A stretch of 64,000 bases of DNA from Thermostichus sp. DRC_bins_24 (lineage in GTDB: Bacteria; Cyanobacteriota; Cyanobacteriia; Thermostichales; Thermostichaceae), in assembly GCA_039794845.1 (NCBI GenBank), contig JAUQVK010000025.1, positions 61,197 through 125,196 on the forward strand. Reading direction: 5' to 3'. Position numbers and translations under genes: made by a program. Numbering within the stretch: position 1 is the stretch's first letter; each line of letters opens with the position of its first letter. The notes beneath the pieces are model-generated. The model made no database searches. It was not told the DNA's origin and worked only from the letters and a program-made list of their open reading frames with translations. Positions 39,303 through 49,127 of this stretch are shown here, in pieces.

Positions 39303-40364
39303 ATGTCAGAGTCAGGATCCCTTTCTCCCCAAAGCCGGGTGGCTGTGCTTTTGCACGGGGGCTTACTGCGGGATCAGGGTAAAACCGGTTTATCGCTGCT
39401 GCGCTACGGGCAGTTTCAGGTGGTGGCGGTGATCGACCGGGAGCAAGCAGGGGGATCCCTTACGGAACTGACGGGGATCCCCAAGGCCATTCCGATTGTG
39501 GCCTCGGTGGCAGAAGCACTGGCCTATCAACCGGAGATCCTGGCGATTGGCATTGCCCCTTCCGGTGGACAACTGCCCCAGGAGTGGCGGGAAGAATTGC
39601 TATCGGCCTTGCGGGGGGGCCTGTCTTTGGTGAATGGGTTGCACACTCCGATGGCACAGGATCAGCAATTCAAGGCGTGTCTCCGTCCGGGAGCCTGGAT
39701 TTGGGATATTCGTCAGGAGCCACCGGGCCTGTCGGTCGGTCGGGCAATGGCGCGGACGCTCGCCTGCAAGCGGGTGCTGACGGTGGGCACCGATATGAGC
39801 GTGGGGAAAATGTCCACCAGCCTGGAACTGCACCAGGCCAGCCTGCGACAGGGTTTGCGCTCTCGGTTTCTGGCCACCGGACAAACCGGGATCATGCTCA
39901 GCGGCGATGGGATCCCGTTGGATGCGGTGCGGGTGGACTACGCCAGCGGAGCGGTGGAGCAACTGGTGATGCGCTATGGTCCTGATCACGACATATTGCA
40001 CATTGAAGGCCAGGGATCCCTGCTCAACCCTTCTTCGACGGCGACACTTCCCCTGATTCGCGGCTCCCAACCCACCCATTTGATTTTGGTGCATCGGGCG
40101 GGACAAACCCACATTAAGGGCATGGACTACGTGCCGATCCCGCCGTTGCCCCAGGTGATCGACCTCTATACCCGCGTTGCCACTGCCGCCGGAGCCTTTG
40201 CCCCTGTGCCGGTTGCGGGCATTGCCCTCAATACCTTCGGTTGGGAGGAGTCTGCGGCCCGTGAACACCTCGCCCAAGTGGAGGCAGAGACGGGGCTGCC
40301 CTGTACGGATGTGGTGCGTTTTGGGGCGGATCCCTTGTTGCGGCAGATCTTGACCGAGGGATGA
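39303..40364 (+). CDS. DUF1611 protein (D-glutamate N-acetyltransferase DgcN-like)
   Basis: GIAPSGG, NGLH, VGTDMSVGKM, ATGQTG and EGQGS. Confidence 0.88.
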   Translation: MSESGSLSPQSRVAVLLHGGLLRDQGKTGLSLLRYGQFQVVAVIDREQAGGSLTELTGIPKAIPIVASVAEALAYQPEILAIGIAPSGGQLPQEWREELLSALRGGLSLVNGLHTPMAQDQQFKACLRPGAWIWDIRQEPPGLSVGRAMARTLACKRVLTVGTDMSVGKMSTSLELHQASLRQGLRSRFLATGQTGIMLSGDGIPLDAVRVDYASGAVEQLVMRYGPDHDILHIEGQGSLLNPSSTATLPLIRGSQPTHLILVHRAGQTHIKGMDYVPIPPLPQVIDLYTRVATAAGAFAPVPVAGIALNTFGWEESAAREHLAQVEAETGLPCTDVVRFGADPLLRQILTEG

Positions 40365-40593
40365 AGGCCGCTTTCACAGTCAATTCACAGTCAATGCAGT
40401 TGAGGGTGAGACCGCATTGAAGGCAGAACGGCTTGGCTAGGCTAGAAAGCAGGAAACCCCGGAAGATGGAATAATAGTGCAAGTGGCGCTTACATCCTGG
40501 GAAAGTCTCAAAAAGTCTCAACTTGAGATGACCTTTGAGGTTTTAAGCAGCATTGGATCATCTTGGATCATCGCAGCAGCAGCATAAAGCAGT

Positions 40594-41889
40594 ATGGACG
40601 TCGGCGGCATTAACCAGTGGGCATGGGGTGGAGGGATCGCCCTGGCCTCCGTCCTTTGGGCGGAGATCGTACGGGATCTGCGCCATTGGCTGGCTCATGC
40701 TTGGCCCTGGCTAATGCCCAAGCACAACCTACACCACCGCCTATTTCGCCGCGATCTGAGTGTGGTAGATGCCGGTTTGTACCGAGAGGCCCAGTGGCAC
40801 CACGATGTTCCGGAAGCCGTGACAATGATGATAGCTGGGATCCCCTGGGTGATTGTGTTGGGGTGGGGATCTCTTCTCAATGGCTTGGCGGCAACGGTGG
40901 GCGTTGTCTATTCCGCCGGCTTTTTGGCTGCAGGGGTGTTGCGAGGGTGGGGACTGGCTCTAGAAACCGATATCACCCACCGACCGGGGCCGTTTCAAGC
41001 GCCCCCCAGCCAATGGCATGTCAACCGCACCTATCACTGGCGACATCACTTTGACGATACCAACGCCTACTTTTGCGGCACGTTGACGTTCGTGGATCGG
41101 ATTATGGGTACCAGTCTTTCACTGAAGGGCAAACGCGTCGCGGTCACGGGGGCCTCTGGCACCCTTGGCCGGGCATTGCTAAAACATTTCCATCGGCAAG
41201 GGGCCAAGGTGATTGCCCTCAGCTCTCAGCCGGATCCTGTCCAGATTGAGCTCTGCTCCGCTAACGCGACTGAGATTAACGGACAACCGCAAGCCGTAGA
41301 AACGATTCATTGGCAGCTGGGGCGGGAAGGATCCCTGAAGGATCTGTTTGAGCGCATCGATATTCTCGTTCTTAACCATGGCCTCAATGTCCATGCGGCC
41401 CGGGATGCCAGGGCCGTTCAGCAATCCTATGCTGTCAACACCTTCTCCAGCTGGCGGCTGATGGAGCTGTTTTTCCAAACGGTGCGCAGCAACCCAGATG
41501 TAGCCACCAAGGAGGTTTGGGTCAACACCTCAGAAGCAGAAGTCAGCCCCGCCTTCAGCCCCCTCTACGAGCTGTCCAAACGCGCTCTGGGCGACTTGGT
41601 TACACTGCGTCGGCTGGATGCACCCTGTGTGGTGCGCAAGCTGATCCTGGGGCCCTTCAAGAGCAACCTCAACCCGATTGGAGTCCTGTCTGGAGATTGG
41701 GTCGCCGCTCAAATCTTGGCCCAAGCCAAACGGGACTGCCGTAACATCATCGTCACCATTAACCCCTTAACCTATCTGTTTTTCCCCCTGAAAGAGCTGG
41801 CGGTAAGCATCTATTTTCGGCTGTTCAGTCGCTCTCTCCCTCCCTCAGAAGCCCCCGATCCTAACTCCGATGAGATCCCTGTGGTTTAA
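40594..41889 (+). CDS. mgdE: Monoglucosyldiacylglycerol epimerase (His-box membrane domain plus SDR)
   Basis: HNLHH and YHWRHHFD His boxes; TGASGTLG; VWVNTSEAEVSPAFSPLYELSK. Confidence 0.85.
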   Translation: MDVGGINQWAWGGGIALASVLWAEIVRDLRHWLAHAWPWLMPKHNLHHRLFRRDLSVVDAGLYREAQWHHDVPEAVTMMIAGIPWVIVLGWGSLLNGLAATVGVVYSAGFLAAGVLRGWGLALETDITHRPGPFQAPPSQWHVNRTYHWRHHFDDTNAYFCGTLTFVDRIMGTSLSLKGKRVAVTGASGTLGRALLKHFHRQGAKVIALSSQPDPVQIELCSANATEINGQPQAVETIHWQLGREGSLKDLFERIDILVLNHGLNVHAARDARAVQQSYAVNTFSSWRLMELFFQTVRSNPDVATKEVWVNTSEAEVSPAFSPLYELSKRALGDLVTLRRLDAPCVVRKLILGPFKSNLNPIGVLSGDWVAAQILAQAKRDCRNIIVTINPLTYLFFPLKELAVSIYFRLFSRSLPPSEAPDPNSDEIPVV

Positions 41890-42069
41890 GGGGGAGCTCT
41901 CCCCTGTGACCGCTGACGATCTCGGTGGCATTTAGCGCAGAAGTAGAGTAAGACAAGAGCAGGTTCCAATGCGCGAGCTGGAGCTTTTCTTGACGTGAAA
42001 ATGCCCCCAAGTAGCGCAATGGCGGGTTCCCTAGTGGACTGATTTCTGTGTGAGGAGTAGGAGTGAAGT

Positions 42070-42834
42070 ATGAAGGTTGCGCGCAAATGGGTGGGCGCAG
42101 TTCTCTGGGTAGCAGGCGGGGCCCTGATGCCTGGGTTTTTGTCTGGCTGCGCCATTCCCATGCCCTCAGCATCGGCGGGGGTCTCTGAAGTTCAGGTGCG
42201 GTTGGTACATGTAGCCCCCAACACCCCTTGGATTGACCTAGAGGTGGGTGGGGTTAAGGTTGCTCAGTACGTGGCCTATGGCTCTGTGAGCGAGTACGTG
42301 CGGATGCCGGCAGGCGAATACGATATCGTCTTGTCTTCGACCCCTGAAAAAATTGACCCTAACCGCCCCCTGCCTTCGGATATTGCGGCCAGAACCGTGG
42401 CTAGCCTCAGGGGTGGGGGGGTATTTTCAGTGGTTGCCACCGATGAGCCGAATCGCATGACAGCTCTGGTGCTAGAGGACAACATCAATCCGCTGTTTGA
42501 TCAGGCCTTGGTTCGGTTCGTCCACGCGGCTCCCGACGCACCAGCCTTGCAATGGAAAGGAGAGCAAGAGCAGGTGCTGTTGCCTCAGTTGGCGTTTGGG
42601 CAAGTGTCCACCTTTCAGACCATGCGCCCTGGCTTCACCCAAATTCAGGTGGCGGTCGCTCCTTCTACAACGGCGGGTGTGCAGTCCGTTTCCAGCAGCA
42701 TCCCCTTGCAACGCTTTGACCTACACTTGGAGGCGGGTAAGGTGTACACCCTCTATGTGGCGGGGTTACTGCGCAGTAGGCCGGGGTTGGATCTGGTGCT
42801 TGCGGAGGAAACTCGTGCTCGCAAACTCCTGTAA
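42070..42834 (+). CDS. DUF4397-domain lipoprotein
   Basis: Lipobox FLSG-C; two VRLVHVAP / VRFVHAAPDAP repeats. Confidence 0.85.
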   Translation: MKVARKWVGAVLWVAGGALMPGFLSGCAIPMPSASAGVSEVQVRLVHVAPNTPWIDLEVGGVKVAQYVAYGSVSEYVRMPAGEYDIVLSSTPEKIDPNRPLPSDIAARTVASLRGGGVFSVVATDEPNRMTALVLEDNINPLFDQALVRFVHAAPDAPALQWKGEQEQVLLPQLAFGQVSTFQTMRPGFTQIQVAVAPSTTAGVQSVSSSIPLQRFDLHLEAGKVYTLYVAGLLRSRPGLDLVLAEETRARKLL

Positions 42835-42959
42835 GCGGGCTTCTGCCTCTCACTCCTCCATAACCTTTCCTCTTCTATAGTGAGTTCTGGGATCCCCCGA
42901 GTGCTCAGGGGTGGCCCATGTTGAGCAAACGGGGAAAGTGACTCGAGGTGAGGAAGCGG

Positions 42960-45068
42960 ATGGACTCCTTGTTTCAGGTGGTGGTGCTCAACCAAACCCC
43001 GGATCCCGAACGGGTGATCTACCAGGCCATGCACCAGGATTACAGCCCTGGATTTGTCACCCCCGAGGGGCGGATCCCGGAACAGTATGGAGAGGCAGTT
43101 GTCAGGCATTTGCTTGAGGGGAATCGCGGGCATTATGGCCCTCTTGAGCATCCTCAGATCACTTTTGGGGTTGGCTATTTCCCCCATGCAGTAATGCAAC
43201 AAGCCCGCACCCATCGGGTGGGGATCAGCTTCGATGTGCAATGCCTCGCAGGCAGCACGGAGGTCACGTTTGTCCGCGGTTCTGGAGAACTTAGGAAGAT
43301 CAAAATTGCAGACCTCTATGATCTCTGGGTAAACGGTGAGAAGGCTGTGCGTGAGCGTAAACAACAAGGACGTAAGGGCGAACCACCGGGAACCTACCGT
43401 CGAGATTGCAAAACGCGCCTGAAAAAAATGCGTCTGCGGGTGCTCAACGAAAACACGGGCAACTTTGAAATCGGCCATATCCGCGAGGTTGTGTGTAGCG
43501 GCGATCAGCCCGTTTATCGACTGACACTATCAGATGGCAAAACCTTGGACTGCACCACCAATCACCGCCTTTATACCAGCCAAGGCTGGCAACGTATGGG
43601 GGATGCCGTTGGCCTCATGGTTGACGCCAATCATCAGGTGCTCGCCCTGACAAAAGACTGTGAGCTGATGACTAACGGAGTCGTAAGGCCGGATGCTCTC
43701 TACAGTCAAAGAAACTGGCTCAAAGCCCAGATCGATCAGGGGCTAACCGCCCGCCAAATTGCAGCGCGGTGCGGTTCTTCTGCCGAAGTCATTCGCCATT
43801 GGGCAAAGCACTTTCAGCTCCGGCTCCCCTCAGGACGGCGGCGCGGTCGCAAGACAATGGTGGGTAACGGCCTCTACCGCAATAAGGCTTGGCTTCAGGA
43901 TCAACTTGCCCAAGGACGGCACGTCGATGAAATGGCTGCATTGGCAGGTTGCTCCATTGAGGCAGTAAAAAAGTGGGCCTATGCCCACGGACTCACCCTC
44001 AACAAGCGCTCGCCAGGTGGCGATTCTCCCTGGAACAAAGGTGTCAAGGGCTACAAGCTTGCCCTTTCGCCGGAAAGTCTAGAGCGGCGACGAGTTAATG
44101 CCAAAGCCTTTACAAAACGAGGAGCTGATTCTATTTTTTGGAAAGGCGGCACCGCCACAGAGCGCGAGGTGATCGGTGCCTGGACACGCCAGATTGCCCC
44201 CCAAGTACACGCCAAGTTCAACTATATTTGCCAATGCTGCGGTGAGTCGGGTGGCAATCTCCACGCTCACCATCTGGTGCCTGTCTATGCTGACCGGTCC
44301 TTGGCTTATGAGTTCGAGAACCTGGTTTCTCTCTGCCGGCCTTGCCACGCACACCTGCATCACAATCACCTAGAGGCCGAATTTGCCAAAGCCTTTCAGC
44401 CGATTCTGGAGCCTAAATTGTGTGCCGCCAAGCCTAAGTCCCCCGGACGGAAGTTGAAGGCCAAACCCGTTAAAGTGGTGGCGGTTGACTACTTGGGAGT
44501 ACAGACAACCTACGATTTAGAGGTTGAAGGCCCCTGGCATAATTTTGTGGCCAACGGCGTTGTAGTGCATAATTCTTTTCGCTATACGGGTCAGCAAATC
44601 TCTGCGCTGGGAAAATCCCTCATCGAGGGATCCGAAGACCCCCATGCTTCTTTGACAAGGGTGCAACTGGAAGCCAAGTTAGAAACTCTGTTTTATCTGC
44701 CGGAAACGGTTAAGGAAGGTACAGCCAAAACCCGTCAAGGTATCAAGCCGATTGCACCAGAAGCACTGGATATTATTTTGGAGCAATACCGAAATCAGGC
44801 TATTGCCTACTACCGCTTGGTGGAAGAGTGTGGCTTGCCCTACGAAGATGCCCGCAACATCCTTGGATATGGGATCCGCCAACATTTTGTAGTTTCTTTT
44901 AATTGCCGTAGTCTTATGCATTTTTTGGACTTACGCGCCAAAGAGGATGCCCAGCGAGAAATTCAACATCTTTGTGAGTTGATCTGGCCGCATTTTGAAG
45001 CGTGGTGCCCCCATGTGGCGGCTTGGTACCGGAAAAACCGTTGGGGGAGGGCCAGACTGTCTCCTTAA
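42960..45068 (+). CDS. thyX: FAD-dependent thymidylate synthase ThyX, interrupted by an intein
   Basis: GHYGPLEH; motif RTHRVGISFDVQ|SFRYTG is restored after intein removal; EDARNIL, LMHFLDLR and AQREI. Confidence 0.95.
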   Translation: MDSLFQVVVLNQTPDPERVIYQAMHQDYSPGFVTPEGRIPEQYGEAVVRHLLEGNRGHYGPLEHPQITFGVGYFPHAVMQQARTHRVGISFDVQCLAGSTEVTFVRGSGELRKIKIADLYDLWVNGEKAVRERKQQGRKGEPPGTYRRDCKTRLKKMRLRVLNENTGNFEIGHIREVVCSGDQPVYRLTLSDGKTLDCTTNHRLYTSQGWQRMGDAVGLMVDANHQVLALTKDCELMTNGVVRPDALYSQRNWLKAQIDQGLTARQIAARCGSSAEVIRHWAKHFQLRLPSGRRRGRKTMVGNGLYRNKAWLQDQLAQGRHVDEMAALAGCSIEAVKKWAYAHGLTLNKRSPGGDSPWNKGVKGYKLALSPESLERRRVNAKAFTKRGADSIFWKGGTATEREVIGAWTRQIAPQVHAKFNYICQCCGESGGNLHAHHLVPVYADRSLAYEFENLVSLCRPCHAHLHHNHLEAEFAKAFQPILEPKLCAAKPKSPGRKLKAKPVKVVAVDYLGVQTTYDLEVEGPWHNFVANGVVVHNSFRYTGQQISALGKSLIEGSEDPHASLTRVQLEAKLETLFYLPETVKEGTAKTRQGIKPIAPEALDIILEQYRNQAIAYYRLVEECGLPYEDARNILGYGIRQHFVVSFNCRSLMHFLDLRAKEDAQREIQHLCELIWPHFEAWCPHVAAWYRKNRWGRARLSP
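43242..44573 (+). mobile_element. Intein (444 aa) with an HNH homing endonuclease
   Basis: N-terminal CLAGSTEV, block B TTNHRL, block F/G TYDLEVEGPWHNFVANGVVVHN with +1 Ser; HNH region CQCC...HAHHLVP...NLVSLCRPCH. Confidence 0.93.
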
Positions 45069-45088
45069 AGAAGAAGGAAAATTGGGTT

Positions 45089-45853
45089 ATGGATCCCAAA
45101 GCCTATGAGCAAATGGCCAACTTAGAAGAGGAACATTGGTGGTTCGTTGCCCGCCGTTACATTCTCAGTCGAGTAATTGAGACTCTACCTTTACCTTCTT
45201 CTCCACACATTTTGGAAGCTGGCTGTGGCAGCGGTGGTAACCTAAAGATGTTGTCTCAATTTGGCAAGGTCTGGGGAATGGAAAAAAGTGAACTAGCCCG
45301 TTCTCTCGCCCAAGCTCGTGACATCGGAATCATTGAAAGTGGTGAATTGCCGGCTCGAATCCCTTTTGAGGGTCGACAATTTGATCTGATAGTCCTGCTG
45401 GATGTGCTAGAACATTTGGAACAGGATAAAGAATCTCTACAAGCTCTTTCGTTAAGGTTGAAATCAACGGGATATTTGGTTGTAACTGTTCCGGCTTACC
45501 CCTGGTTATGGAGTTCTCATGATGAGCTTAACCATCACAAACGTCGTTACACTCGTGCTCAACTTTTGACTGTGCTCGAGGCTTCTGGGTTAAAGGTTTA
45601 TACTCTTTGTTATTTCAACAGCTTCCTTTTTCCCTTGATCGCAGGGATCCGCTTAACGCAGAAAATCTTTCGCCTTCAGGAAAGTCGAGACCTTAAGATG
45701 CTATCCCTTTGGGTGAATCAGCTGTTGACTCGCATTTTTGCGGCGGAAGCCTATCTGATACCCAAGCACTCTCTACCTTTTGGCTTATCTTTACTGGCAG
45801 TCGCGAGCCCTGTGGGAAGTGCGGCGACAAAGGTGTTGACCAACTCTCCCTAG
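45089..45853 (+). CDS. Class I SAM-dependent methyltransferase
   Basis: EEEHWWF, ILEAGCGSG, LDVLEH and TVPAYPWLWSSHDELNHHKRRY. Confidence 0.88.
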   Translation: MDPKAYEQMANLEEEHWWFVARRYILSRVIETLPLPSSPHILEAGCGSGGNLKMLSQFGKVWGMEKSELARSLAQARDIGIIESGELPARIPFEGRQFDLIVLLDVLEHLEQDKESLQALSLRLKSTGYLVVTVPAYPWLWSSHDELNHHKRRYTRAQLLTVLEASGLKVYTLCYFNSFLFPLIAGIRLTQKIFRLQESRDLKMLSLWVNQLLTRIFAAEAYLIPKHSLPFGLSLLAVASPVGSAATKVLTNSP

Positions 45854-45875
45854 CCGGATCAGACAGGATCAATGT

Positions 45876-46211
45876 ATGGACGACAAGACCGAACAAGATA
45901 CCCTCGCGGTTGTCATGACCACGGTGGGATCCGAAGCCGAGGCCCATCGTTTGGCCCATACCCTTGTGGCCGAACGGTATGTGGCTTGTGCCCAGGTGTT
46001 ACCCAAGATCACCTCCTACTATCACTGGCAGGGATCCCTGCAAACGGATTCTGAGTTTCTGATTCTGTTCAAACTGCCGGCAACCGTCTACCCAAGACTT
46101 GAACACCGGCTGCGAACACTTCACCCCTACGATGAACCTGAGATCCTGGCTTTATCGGCCACGCAAGTGAGCCAAACCTATTTGGCTTGGGCCCTAGACC
46201 AGGTAGGGTGA
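45876..46211 (+). CDS. cutA: Divalent-cation tolerance protein CutA
   Basis: VAC, SYYHWQG and HPYDEPEI. Confidence 0.9.
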   Translation: MDDKTEQDTLAVVMTTVGSEAEAHRLAHTLVAERYVACAQVLPKITSYYHWQGSLQTDSEFLILFKLPATVYPRLEHRLRTLHPYDEPEILALSATQVSQTYLAWALDQVG

Positions 46212-46236
46212 GGAATATCGGCACCCTCCATTGGTT

Positions 46237-46716
46237 ATGATTGCCCTCTATCCCGGCAGCTTCGATCCGATCACTCTTGGGCATCTCGACATTATCGAGC
46301 GCGCCAGCCCTCTCTTTTCTCGGGTGATCGTCGCGGTTTTGAAAAACCCCAACAAAACCCCCCTATTCACCCCAGAGCAGCGACAGACCCAAATTAGTCT
46401 GTCCACTGCCCATCTTAAGAATGTTGAAGTCGATACTTTTGCCGGCCTTACGGTGACCTATGCCCGTCAACGGGGGGCAAGAGTGATCGTGCGCGGCTTG
46501 CGAGTCTTGTCAGACTTTGATGGGGAACTGCAAATGGCCCACACCAACAAGCTGTTGGCCCCCGAACTGGAAACCCTGTTTCTGGCCACCGCCAGCGAAC
46601 ACAGCTTTGTCAGCAGCAGCTTGGTGAAAGAAGTCGCCAAACTGGGGGGCCCGATCGATCATCTGGTGCCCGATCCGGTGATTCAAGATTTGCGGGAGTG
46701 TTTCCCCCTGAGGTGA
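46237..46716 (+). CDS. coaD: Phosphopantetheine adenylyltransferase
   Basis: [20 protein letters not shown] and SSSLVKE. Confidence 0.96.
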   Translation: MIALYPGSFDPITLGHLDIIERASPLFSRVIVAVLKNPNKTPLFTPEQRQTQISLSTAHLKNVEVDTFAGLTVTYARQRGARVIVRGLRVLSDFDGELQMAHTNKLLAPELETLFLATASEHSFVSSSLVKEVAKLGGPIDHLVPDPVIQDLRECFPLR

Positions 46717-46751
46717 CCGACAAGGGATCCCTTTCACCCTTTATTCAAGCA

Positions 46752-47108
46752 TCATTCAAACAGTTGCATCCCTGCCGCCACCGGATCAAACCCCAGCGAA
46801 AAGCAGGTGTTGTGGTTGTAATGGGATCCACTCAAATTGGCCCCTTCCAAACAAGCCCCCTCAAGGTCGGCATAGCGCAGATCGGCACAGCGCAGGTCGG
46901 CATTGGCAAGATTGCTGCCCCGCAGGTTGGCATAGCGCAGGTTGGCCCCATGCAAATCGGATCCCTGAAGATTGGCCCGTCGCAGATCGGCCCCCCGCAA
47001 AAAGGCGTACTCCAAACGGGATTGGGGAAACGTGCGCTCCCCCCGCTGGTAGCGGCTGAGCAATTCCGAAGCCCCCTGCAGAGCATACTGGGAAATCGCT
47101 TGGGTCAT
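46752..47108 (-). CDS. Pentapeptide repeat protein
   Basis: ELLSRYQRGERTF cap followed by A(D/N)Lxx repeats. Confidence 0.92.
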   Translation of the reverse strand: MTQAISQYALQGASELLSRYQRGERTFPQSRLEYAFLRGADLRRANLQGSDLHGANLRYANLRGSNLANADLRCADLRYADLEGACLEGANLSGSHYNHNTCFSLGFDPVAAGMQLFE

Positions 47109-47485
47109 GGTGGGTTCTCCCGAATCAGAGCCTGATATGTCATCTCTATCGGATCGAATTTGTTTTGATCAAGCTTGCTTAACAAATGATTTCCGTTTTC
47201 GAGAAGATTGTTGCCCATCAGAGATTTTCCGAAAGCTTTACCCTGAGGAATGTGGAATGTTTCCCCGGTTCCACGCTGGCGCAGCAATATTTCTTAATTA
47301 CCTTCGTGAAGAATTCTTGGCGGATAATCTCGGAGTTTTGGTGTCGATAATCAAAGGCCCCCCCGCTTGGAATGCAGTGGGGGTTGTGCTGATCTTGTAG
47401 ATCATCTTAAAAATCCCCCATTTTGGCGCAGTCGGTTGGACACTCATCAGGTGTTCAGGGTGTTCACTTTCCCCGGCTAGACCCC

Positions 47486-48598
47486 ATGCCCAAGCGGAAA
47501 CGAATCGGGATCCTCACCAGCGGTGGCGACTGTGGTGGCCTCAATGCCGTGACCCGAGCAGTGGTACGGCGGGCCCGCGATTACGACATGGAGGTTTACG
47601 GCATCAAAGATGCAACAGCAGGGCTAATGGCTCGACCCGTGGAAGCCGAGCTGCTGGATGTGAAACGGGTTTCGGGCATTTTGCGCTACGGCGGCACCAT
47701 TCTGGGCACCGTGAACAAAGGCAACCCTTTTGCCTACCCCATGCCCGATGGCAGTTTGGCCGATCGCTCCGCAGAGGTGATCACGGGCTACCACCGGCTC
47801 GGGTTGGATGCCTTGATCGGGGTGGGGGGAGATGGCAGCTTGGCGATTCTACGGCAATTGGCTTTGCAGGGAGATTGGAACTTTGTCGGGGTACCCAAAA
47901 CCATCGACAACGATGTGGGCGCTACCGAGTATTCGGTGGGGTTCAACACCGCCCTAAGTGTGGCTGTGGAGGCTCTGGATCAACTCACCTATACCGCCAT
48001 TAGTCATAGCCGGGTCATGGTCATGGAGGTGATGGGGCGAGATGCGGGCCACATTGCCATCAGTGCCGGAATTGCCGGCGGGGCCCATGTGATTTTGATC
48101 CCGGAAATTCCCTACACCCTGGAGAATGTCTGCAAGAAAATCCGCGACCGCAAAGAACGGGGCAATAACTTCAGCATTGTGGTAGTCGCAGAGGCCGTTC
48201 GCACTGAATCGGGAGAACGGGTGACCTACACCAACAGCCTGGGCCAGTCTCTCTACGGCGGCATCGGCCAGTACATCGGCAATGAAATTGCCCTGCGCAC
48301 CGGCATCGAAACCCGTGTCATGATTTTGGGCCATTTGCAGCGGGGGGGCACCCCTTCGCCTTTGGATCGCCTGTTGGGGGCCGCCTTTGGGGTGGCAGCC
48401 GTGGACTTGATCGCCCAGGGGAAATTCGACCGTATGGTGGCTTGGCAAAATCGGCGGGTGGTGGATGTGCCTTTGGCAGAGGCCATATCTCAGTACCGAA
48501 GGGTGGAAGTCGATGGAGCCTTGGTCGCCACGGCCATTGGGTTGAATACTTATGTGGGCGAGTTGGATCCGCACCCCTCCCCCAGCATTTCTCCCTGA
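47486..48598 (+). CDS. pfkA: PfkA-family 6-phosphofructokinase
   Basis: GILTSGGD, GGTILG, GGDGS, PKTIDND, EVMGR and LGHLQRGG; the phosphoryl donor (ATP or ADP) cannot be read from the sequence. Confidence 0.93.
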   Translation: MPKRKRIGILTSGGDCGGLNAVTRAVVRRARDYDMEVYGIKDATAGLMARPVEAELLDVKRVSGILRYGGTILGTVNKGNPFAYPMPDGSLADRSAEVITGYHRLGLDALIGVGGDGSLAILRQLALQGDWNFVGVPKTIDNDVGATEYSVGFNTALSVAVEALDQLTYTAISHSRVMVMEVMGRDAGHIAISAGIAGGAHVILIPEIPYTLENVCKKIRDRKERGNNFSIVVVAEAVRTESGERVTYTNSLGQSLYGGIGQYIGNEIALRTGIETRVMILGHLQRGGTPSPLDRLLGAAFGVAAVDLIAQGKFDRMVAWQNRRVVDVPLAEAISQYRRVEVDGALVATAIGLNTYVGELDPHPSPSISP

Positions 48599-48994
48599 TC
48601 AGGCCCCCTCCGGCAAGAAAGAAACATGGGCAGAGACGATCTTCCAGCCAACATCGGGGAACCTATACCACATCTGACTTTGGCGACCTAAGCGCGGGAT
48701 CCCGTTCACCGGACGGCGAAATTCTAGGGTGACCGAGCCACAGTCCTCCCCAAAGGTGACCACCTCCAAACGCAGCATCTCACGAGCCAAATTCGTGGCC
48801 GGGCGCTGTTTGCGAAACGCCTCAATTTCTTCTGCCCCGTAGAGGTTTTCCCCAACCCCGAAGCGCACCACCTGTGGCCCATCCCAAAACAGGCGGGTCA
48901 TGGTAGGCACATCGTTGTTGGTCAGGGCAACTTCGTACTGATGATAGAGTTCCGTCAACTCCGCCACCACCTCGGGGCGATTCACCACAGTCAT
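48599..48994 (-). CDS. HpxZ/AtzH-like protein (DUF3225)
   Basis: YEVALTNNDV..LFW, VRFGVGENLYG, GRQSQMW and WKIVSAHVS. Confidence 0.88.
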   Translation of the reverse strand: MTVVNRPEVVAELTELYHQYEVALTNNDVPTMTRLFWDGPQVVRFGVGENLYGAEEIEAFRKQRPATNLAREMLRLEVVTFGEDCGSVTLEFRRPVNGIPRLGRQSQMWYRFPDVGWKIVSAHVSFLPEGA

Positions 48995-49127
48995 GGGCCA
49001 AGCTCTTGAGCAGTCAAAATGGGCCCTGCCATCCTAACGGCGGAAGGGTCTTTGGAAGGTTCCAGAAGAACAGCAGGATCTCCCCATGTGGGTTAGCAAG
49101 GTCGAGGATAAGGGATCCCCCAAAATC

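Noticed and set aside
46850..47000. 15/30-bp periodic repeats
   Set aside because: They are the coding repeats of the pentapeptide protein.
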